A stretch of 64,000 nt of DNA from Camelus ferus (taxonomy: Eukaryota), in NCBI RefSeq assembly GCF_009834535.1, contig NC_045699.1, positions 43,276,001 through 43,340,000 on the forward strand. The letters run 5' to 3'. Both the position numbers and the translations under genes were made by a program. A model generated the notes under the pieces. It made no database searches. It saw nothing but the letters and a program-made list of their open reading frames with translations, and was not told the origin of the DNA. Below are positions 56,501 to 64,000 of this stretch, in pieces. The first letter of the stretch is position 1. Each line of letters begins with the position of its first letter.

Positions 56501-59133
56501 TCACAGGGCTCTTTGTGCACGTCTGTCCATTGTTTCCTAAAGGTCATTAGCTGCTTTCACCACCAGCTCTCTGAGCATCTGCGCTGGGGGCCTGGCCTCT
56601 TCCCAGCAGTAGCAGTGGCCCATCTGGTGACCTATCCCTGGTCCCAGCTTTGAGGAGGAGAAGCCCTTCCCTGACTCCAGCAGGGGGTGCACTAGCACTC
56701 TGCTTTCCTGTGACTGCAGTGTCCAGGTTATTCAGCCCTCAGCTTTCTGCCTCCCAGCCAGGGCTCCTAGGAAACCTACTTTCCCCATCAGTTGGTTCGT
56801 TTCCTGTCATCCCTCTTGGGTACATCACCACTGCCCTGTGAGCCTCTCCAGTTCCTGGGCAGTGCTCAGCTTGCAAGGTGGCAGGTCTTCCTTGCTGACA
56901 TTGAGACAGATTGTGTGGTCTAAATTGGGCAGGCTAGTCCTTGGGTGTACCCATGGCCTTTGAAGATGAGCACAGGCCAATCTAGGGCCAGTGATCTCTA
57001 CCTGCATAGGACAGCTCTGCAGGGTGACTCGAGGTTGCTGTAGTTCAGTGGGGCCAACCTTTTCCCATGTTCCCTCCTCAGCAGCCTCCCTTTCCAGATG
57101 TCCTTTCTCTGTTATTTCAAATACCTCAATTTTGGAGTTACATCTCTCATCTCCAGAGGGGTAGATGGTCAGAATAAGCAAGCCTGTGGGTATTTACTAC
57201 TTGGCTGGAAACTTGGCTTCAGGGTCACCCCTACCTGATGCCCCTACTCTTGTTCTGAAGCGGCTTGAGTTTCCAACCTTCTCATATGTTCTGGGGACAT
57301 CTTTCTGGGCTTTGCTGGGGCTGGTCTTAAGTCTCCAGAGCTGTCAGATTCCCTAGAGCTTTGCCTGCCATTTGGGGCTCTCTTCTATCCAGCTAAGCTG
57401 CTGTGTTCTTTTCACTGCCACAGCAGTCCTGGTCCCTATGTGTTTGCCTGGTAGCTGCTTTCACCAGACTTTCCTGGCCACTGGGCTATGCTCCTAACAA
57501 CCATGATCAGGTATCTTGGCTTTTCAGCTACAGAGGACCACTTCCTCCCAATCTGCCAACCCTGGCCTGCTCTGAATATGAGTATTCCCAGGTGGTCCGA
57601 GATTCCAGTGGCTCACCGATTGACTGCCTCACGGGGCCTCCCTCCGGGAAGCGCCCCCGGCTGCTCCTTCTGAATCCCAGAGACCTTGCTGACTCTCCTT
57701 TCCCCTTCTCCTGGGGGCTCTTGTGGTGGTCTGCCAGCTCCTGTCCTTGCCTCTGCCACCCAAGCAGGCCCCTTGGAGCCTCACCACAGTCGCCCCTCCC
57801 TACCACTGCCCTGAGCCAGTATACAGGGAGCTCTTGTGAAGCTTCTGAGGGTTTTTACGTCTCCTGACCGCAGGGGAACAGAGAGGGGGAGAAAATAAAC
57901 AAGGAAGTTTCACAGTTCCATGCTGACGCCCAAGCCCACAGGTGGAGTTCCCGCATGCTCAGTAGCCTAGGAGCCCATGCCAGCGCGCACACACGCACCA
58001 CCCCTCCATCCACACCTTTGTTTTGTTAGGCATATTAAAAGAGAACAATGGCTCCTAAGTGAAGGCAGCAGCTGTGGGGACCCTAAAAAAAGGGTCCTGG
58101 TTTTGGATTTAGACAGATCAAGGTTTGAATCCTCAGTTTGGTCTAGGTTTGAGCCTCAGTTTCCTTATCTGTAAAAAGAGGTCATTTTCCCCGAGGTCAT
58201 TGTCAGGATTAAAGCAGATGATGGGGGCGGCAGGAGACCTGGTTCCTGGCTCAGAGGAGAGCATTTGTTGAGTCGGTGCTGTGTGTGGGGAGGACTGGTG
58301 TGCCTGGGGCTTTCTGGCAAAGGCCTGTCCTACTTTGCTCCTCTCTCTTCTGCCTGCTCCCCAGGAGGCCTCTTCCTGACTGACTACTCCACCTGCTCAC
58401 CCCGCAAGCTGAGTCCTTTCCGCTCCTTTGCCAGCACCGAGCTCTTCCACTTCCATGTTCCTGAAGACACATTCCTGGCCGTTTGGAACCTCATCATCTT
58501 CAAAGAGCAGGGGGGAACCTTTGGGGACCACTGCCCAGACCAAAGTGTGACTGTGTGAGTGTCTGAGTTAACCTCCTGACCCCCACTTCCAACCCCAGGC
58601 CACTTTCCAAACTAGAATGTGACTTTATGAGTATCTAAACTGACCTTCTGACCCTGACACTTGTCCAGACTGAAGTGTGACTGAGTGAGGGCCAAGACCT
58701 CTGTCTCCCGACGATTCCTGACTGCTGTATGACTGTATGAGTGCCTGAGCTGACCTCTTGCCTTTTATGTTCTGACTCCTGACCTGGACCCACTTCGTTG
58801 CATGCGTCAGTCTGGAGAATCCACTTGTTTTACTGGTGATGAGTGACAGTTCTCTTTTCTCTCCCCCATTTCCTGCCCCCCACCCCATTGCCTGCTTTCC
58901 TCTTCTCTTCATTCTGGTCCTCCAGGTATTTCCGGTCCGGGGCACCCCCTGTCATCAATCCCTTGCACACACACTTCCCAGGGGACACAGCTGTGCCTGG
59001 GGTTTTCTCACTGACTCTCAGCTGGACACTGCCCAACCGCACCTCCGGCATCTTTAACATCAGCAGCCCCTTACCTGGAGACTGGTTCTTGGCTGCCCAC
59101 CTTCCCCAGGCCCACGGTCACATCTCTGTCAAG
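53556..59133 (+). CDS. TMEM8B: Transmembrane protein 8B (NGX6), long isoform, 5' partial: coding exons 1-3
   Basis: Exons 53556-54093 (GCCATGG Kozak; Pro/Gln/Ser-rich, then LLLLLLLSVLGPGA), 58365-58554 (GLFLTDYSTCSPRKLSPFRSF...), 58926-59133 (YFRSGAPPVINPLHTHFP...WFLAAHLPQAHGHISVK); phases 1 and 2 join in frame. No further exon recognised before 64000. Confidence 0.93.
54670..54770 (-). mobile_element. MIR fragment
   Basis: CCATTTTACAGATGGAGAAACTGAGGCTCAG...TTGCCCAAGGTCATACAGCT. Confidence 0.85.
56138..56180. repeat. Short (TG)n/(AGACAG)n simple repeat
   Basis: GTGTATGTGTGTGTGTGAGAGAGACAGAGACAGAGACAGAG. Confidence 0.7.
58065..58222 (+). mobile_element. MIR fragment with internal deletion
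   Basis: AGACAGATCAAGGTTTGAATCC...GAGCCTCAGTTTCCTTATCTGTAAAA...GTCAGGATTAAA. Confidence 0.8.
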
Positions 59134-61169
59134 GTGGGTTGATGCTGTCCAGGACAAGAGGGGCCAGAGCTGCTTCTCCATCTCTGGGCTACCTGGCAGA
59201 CCAGCCTTGTGTCAGTGTGGGCAACAGCATGAGGGTGGCTGGGGTGAGGCATAGCTAGGGGTCAGCAGGTCACCTGGTAGGCCAGAGGCCGTGACCTGCA
59301 GGAGGCAGTTTGGGAACCTTAGAGGACATAGTGGGTTCAGGTAAGCTGAAGGGAAAGTCCAGAGTCAAACAGAGGCCCCAGCCCTGGGAAGTGGTGTCCC
59401 TTCCTATTGGAAGGCGCAGGGTTAGTCAAGGTGATCAGAAGCCAGCCAGGGACCAGTCAGATGCTGCGGCACAAACCCAGGACTAGTCTTTCTCTACATC
59501 TTGGTGATAGCCCTGAAGACTCTTGTAGGTTGCAGCCCAGTCGTTAGTCCATCTGGGAGAATACATGAGAATACATTCCTCATCTATCCTAATTTCAGTT
59601 CCCTGTGCCTTATGGAAGATGATAAGGGAACTCTGGGGGCAGGGAAACCCTTTACTGTTAAAGGGAGATTTTGAGCAACTGGTGTCCAACCAGCTATTGC
59701 CTCTCTTTACCCCAAATATTGGCAGTGATTTCATAGAGCAGAGGTTGTTAAAGTCTGGAGTGTTACAGGGTTAAGGTCAGGCTACTTCTCCATTCTAGTT
59801 TGGAGGGAAGGAAATGCCGCAGAATTTTCCTGCCATTCCCATGTACTGGGCAGGCTAGACCACTCCGTTACAGTGAGAAGATCTAAAGGTTGCTTACTCT
59901 TGTCCTCTGGTGGGGAGGGAGGGTGTGATGAGGTGGCCATGTCAGAGTGGGATGGCCATGTATGTGGAGCCAGTGGTCAGGGCGAAGGACCCAGCATGAG
60001 CTGAGCCGGATTTAAAGAACAGGACTTGAAGAACTAGAAAATGGGTGGAGTTTGGCCATTGAGAATTGGGAGGGGCAGAAATTCCCAGTCAGGTGAAGTT
60101 TTGACCCGCATGTCTCTCTTCAGGGTGAGTTCCTTGAGGGCTCAGGCCCTGTGACTGTGTCAGACTCCCCTCTCCTCTTGCAATAGCCCAGCGTTCCAAG
60201 GTGTTATAATGCTTTTGAATGAGCTGAGATTTACACAGGGACAAGTGTACAGGCACTACTGTGGGCAGAGTTGGGAACTCAGGCTGAGGGAGCATCTCTA
60301 GGGCTTAGTGGTAGACCTGCTTTTCCTGGGAGTGATGTGCAGGAGAACTTCCTGTCCAGGCCTGGGAACTCTCTAGTGAGAACATGTTGGGAGCTCACCT
60401 GGAAATGGCTCTGGGTTCTAGGTTCTTGACTCTCATCAGAATCAAGTGTTCCTTTATTGGGAGGGATATCTTCTTAAGTCTGTGGCCAAATTCCAAAGAC
60501 CTTGTTCCTGATCCCAACTCTGATCTTTGACTTTCTTTGCGAGAAGAGAAAATCCTTCTGAAGCCGTGCTTTAGTTATCCAAAAACCTTTCTGATTGAGT
60601 GGGACCAGCCTGGTGCCTAGGCCAGGGCTAGGATCATGGGAGCTGAAGCCTGGTTAGGAGAGGTCAGATCAGGCCCATTTGCACCTAGACATAGCAGTGG
60701 GGCCTGGGGAACTGGGTACTGCAAGCTGGAGTCCTAGCCAGCAGAGATCCCTGGGGCACAGTGAGATTAGAGAGAAGAGGGCATAATTCCCTTGCCATGA
60801 GTGAACCCCCTGAGAGACATAGCTCTCCATTCAGGCCTGTTCTGGAGGTTAGGGGGCAAGGATCTTCTTTGTGATTCCTCTAAGAATTTGATTACCATTT
60901 GGAATATTCTGTGGGTCTCTAAGTATTCTTAAGTTCTCTGGTTGATTCCCTAGACTCAAGCCTGTGAGTGGATTGTCCAGAGCGCTTCTCCAGGGCTCTG
61001 ACTCTCAACTTGTCTCCTCCTTGTACCATGGTTCTGACTTCCCATGGGACTTGGCCAACAAAGAAAGTGGTGTGGGTTCAGGGATATCCTTGGGTAGGGA
61101 CTGAAGAGTCCTGGCAATAAGAAGGCAGCACTGTTTCTAGGGGCCTTCTTAGCATTGGGGTGAGTTCAG

Positions 61170-63020
61170 ACCTCCCACTAGACCTTAGTCTTTGAGCACC
61201 TGCTTTGTTCCAGGCCCTGGGTTGGATGCTAGGGACACAGATAAATAAGATGTATATTAGTGAGATATTTTAGGAGGACAAAGGAGAGGTGGATACCTCC
61301 GCTCGGTAGTGTGGTGGAGAAGTGGTTTTAGGAAACTGTTAGGAAGTGAGGCCTGATGTTGAGAAAGCTGGGAAGGGCACTCCAGGTGGTAGGAGTAGCA
61401 TGGGTTAAAGCTGAGAAGGGAGAACTGAACTGGTTCAGTGTGGGGCGGTTGTTGGGATGAGTGAGGGAGCTGGAGGGGTGAACAGAGGGCAGATCATAAA
61501 GGACCTAGAAGCTTGAACTTTATCCTGAGAGTGACGGGGAAGCCTTATGAGGTTGTAAAAGGGAAGTGACTTATCTGGTGCAGGCGCTTTCCTGAGCTCT
61601 GGCCCCTGTGTCTGTGTTATTCACGACTGTATTCCTAGCGTCCAGCACAGAGCCTGGCACATTGTTGGGGCCTGGCAAATATTTGTTGCCCTTTTGCCAT
61701 TTTCTCAAACTCATGTTGCCTAAAACTGATCTCATTTCTCCTCCTTTCCTTTTCTTCTTACTTCTGTCAACCTCTTCTGTCTTGACCCATGCCCTCCATC
61801 TCCTTGTGTTTCCTGTGTTGGAGCATATGTGCACCCTGTGGTGTCCAGTTGCCAGTCTGCCCTGAAGGGCTGGCCTTTGGGTTGTGGGTAACATCTGGCA
61901 CCCAAATGGCTTATTAGGAGTATGTTCTCCAAGTGCCTTGGGCACAGTTCTCCTTGAGTGCTTCCTCTTACCAGCTCCAAGATTTGAAAGTAAATAAAAG
62001 CAGATAAATAATGAAAACAACAGTGAGGAAAGCAAAGAAGCCGATTGTACAGAAGAGAAGATTCGGTTGAATCCACCAGCTAGGACCAAGCGCGGCTCAG
62101 TATCTCAACTGTTGTGGTTAAAATCTGCTAGCAGTCTTCCTTCTGCTTTTCTTCCTCCTTCTAAATTATTTTATTTGTATTTCAAATAGGTAATATATGC
62201 ACCTGATACAACATTCGAAAGGTACAAAAGGCATACAGTGAAAAGTAAGTTTTCCTCTTCCCTTGGTCCCCGTTTAGTCCCCACGTCCCCTTTCCAGAGG
62301 TAACTAGTAGCCAGCTGTTACCTAGTTACTCATATTACCCATTCCGTCTTGAAACAGTTTCTCCTCTTGGCCTTTGTGACTTTACAGCACTGTCCTGGTT
62401 TTCCTCCTGCCCACCACCCACTCCTCTGTCTCCTTTCCTGGCTTCTCCTCTGCTTGATCTTATTCATGTTGTGATGCCCCAAAGCTTGGTCTTGGGAAAA
62501 CTCCTTTTTATTTCTCCATTCTCTTGCTAGGTGTCTCCAGCACCATGGTTTTAAATACCACCTATAAGTTCATGTTTTCCAAGTATATTGAGAGGGTCCT
62601 AATTTCTTTGAGTCTCAGACTTCATATTCGATGGCTTGCTTGACATTTCCGATTGGATGCCTAAGGCCCATCTCAGAGTTAGCAAGTACATATCCAGAGA
62701 CTAATGTAAGAATCTCTTTGATTGCTAGTTCACATCTCCCCGTCTAAGCCTCTTCTTTCTCTAATCTTCTCAGTAAATGGCACTGCCATTCACCATTTGC
62801 TCAAGCCCGATTTAGGTGTCATACTTTATTCTCCTTTTTTCTCTTATTTCCACACAACTGATCTATAGGGAAAGTCTTGTTGACCGTACTACTAAAGCAT
62901 GCACTGGGTGCACCTACTCTATTTCTGCCCTTAACACACCTCCCCTCAGCCTTCTGCTGGACCACCACAGTAACCTCCTAAGTGGACTCCCTTCTTCCAC
63001 TCTTGCCCCCTGAAGTCTGT
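61170..63020. mobile_element. Mosaic of L2 fragments with a short L1 3'-end piece (~62160-62340) in TMEM8B intron 3
   Basis: L2 text (GAGCACCTGCTTTGTTCCAGGCCCTGG; CCATGGTTTTAAATACCACCTATA); L1-like AATAGGTAATATATGCAC...AAAGGTACAAAAGG. Confidence 0.6.
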
Positions 63021-64000
63021 CCAGCGATTATTTACTTCCATGTTGATTGGTGCTGGCTGACTGTGGGCTGGGGCAGTGCTAAGCACTGAAATATTCCCAC
63101 AGAGAAGGCCAAGTGTCTTTGGGCATCTTCAGTCTGCACACCTCACCCAGAGGCTCAGACTTTTCTGAAGACATCCAGCCCACCCATACTAGGACAGTCT
63201 AGGAATCAAGGGCAGTCTAGGAACCAATCTAAGGCCTTCCACTCCAGCTTCTTTCAGATTGCTTCTCACTCCCCTTCTTACTTTTGGCCCTCCTGGTTTC
63301 TCAAGCTCCCTTGTTTTAGTGCTGTTCCTTTCATGACTACGGATGTTGACTGAGTTTGGATTCTCTCACTTGGCTTCTGCCATGGCAGCTCTTGAGGATC
63401 TGACTTCTGGTGCCCTTTCTGTGGCCCCAGTACAGGGTGAAGGTCACTGCGTCTTCCCTGCTCTCCACTGACTGAATGCTCCTATCTATAAGAAGGGAGG
63501 TATTGGATGTGCACATTATACAGTTTAAGGAAGGAGCACTTCTTAACCAGAGAGGTCCTGTCCACTATCCTTTAGTTAGGCCAACAGCAAGCAAAATGTG
63601 GAACAAAGTGTTTCTTCCCTCTGGACTGTCTAGTAAGGAAATGGGCCATTTTCTGAGTGTGAGTCCTCAGCCTTGGGGATCATTCACAGCAAGATTATTA
63701 TGGTAGTGATTCCTGACCTTAGGAAGTGGGGTCAATGAAATAACTTGTGAGAGTATTTCTGGTTTTTAGTATTTGATGCCAAATATGAGGGACATCTGCT
63801 TTGGATACCAGAGATGGAGGTCTCTGAGTAACTAGATGGGTTCAGGAGCTCTCTGAAGGGACCCTCTTTTTGATACCAGTTCTTTAACTCAATAGATATT
63901 TTCTAGCACCGAGTGTATGCCAGGTGGTGTGTTGGGCATTGGGGATGCAGTGATGCAGAAGGCAGAGGATAATGAGATGTTGCAGCATGGCATCCATCAA

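Noticed and set aside
57944-57975. GGAGTTCCCGCATGCTCAGT, resembling the start of the pig PRE-1 SINE
   Set aside because: Similarity ends after ~20 nt, with no body or A-tail.
59134-64000. TMEM8B exon 4 or another gene
   Set aside because: No matching peptide found; the region is dominated by L2/L1/MIR remnants and its ORFs are non-specific.

Overview
Gene-dense mammalian locus syntenic with human 9p13.3: NPR2 (+, 22 coding exons, 1047 codons), SPAG8 (-, 7 exons, 451 aa), HINT2 (-, 5 exons, 163 aa), FAM221B (-, 6 coding exons, about 475 aa) and the first three coding exons of TMEM8B (+, continuing beyond the window). The first ~19 kb has no recognisable coding exon and is mostly old L1/L2/MIR and DNA-transposon remnants. 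I saw no Alu, B1/B2 or other young SINE, so the source is probably neither primate nor rodent (species not determinable). I found no new multi-gene system. The most notable observations are: 11 same-strand CCAAT boxes, often ~40 bp apart, upstream of HINT2, echoed by a 40-bp CCAAT+GC-box duplication at the TMEM8B promoter; RFX X-boxes at the SPAG8 and FAM221B starts; a stop-free in-frame FAM221B intron with two in-frame donors; a WTAPE-to-WTSPE change in the NPR2 kinase-homology domain; a decayed copy of a human SPAG8 alternative last exon inside NPR2 intron 18; and three N gaps that all fall on NPR2 coding exons. Comparisons with human proteins are from memory and need checking by alignment. 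Repeat boundaries are approximate.
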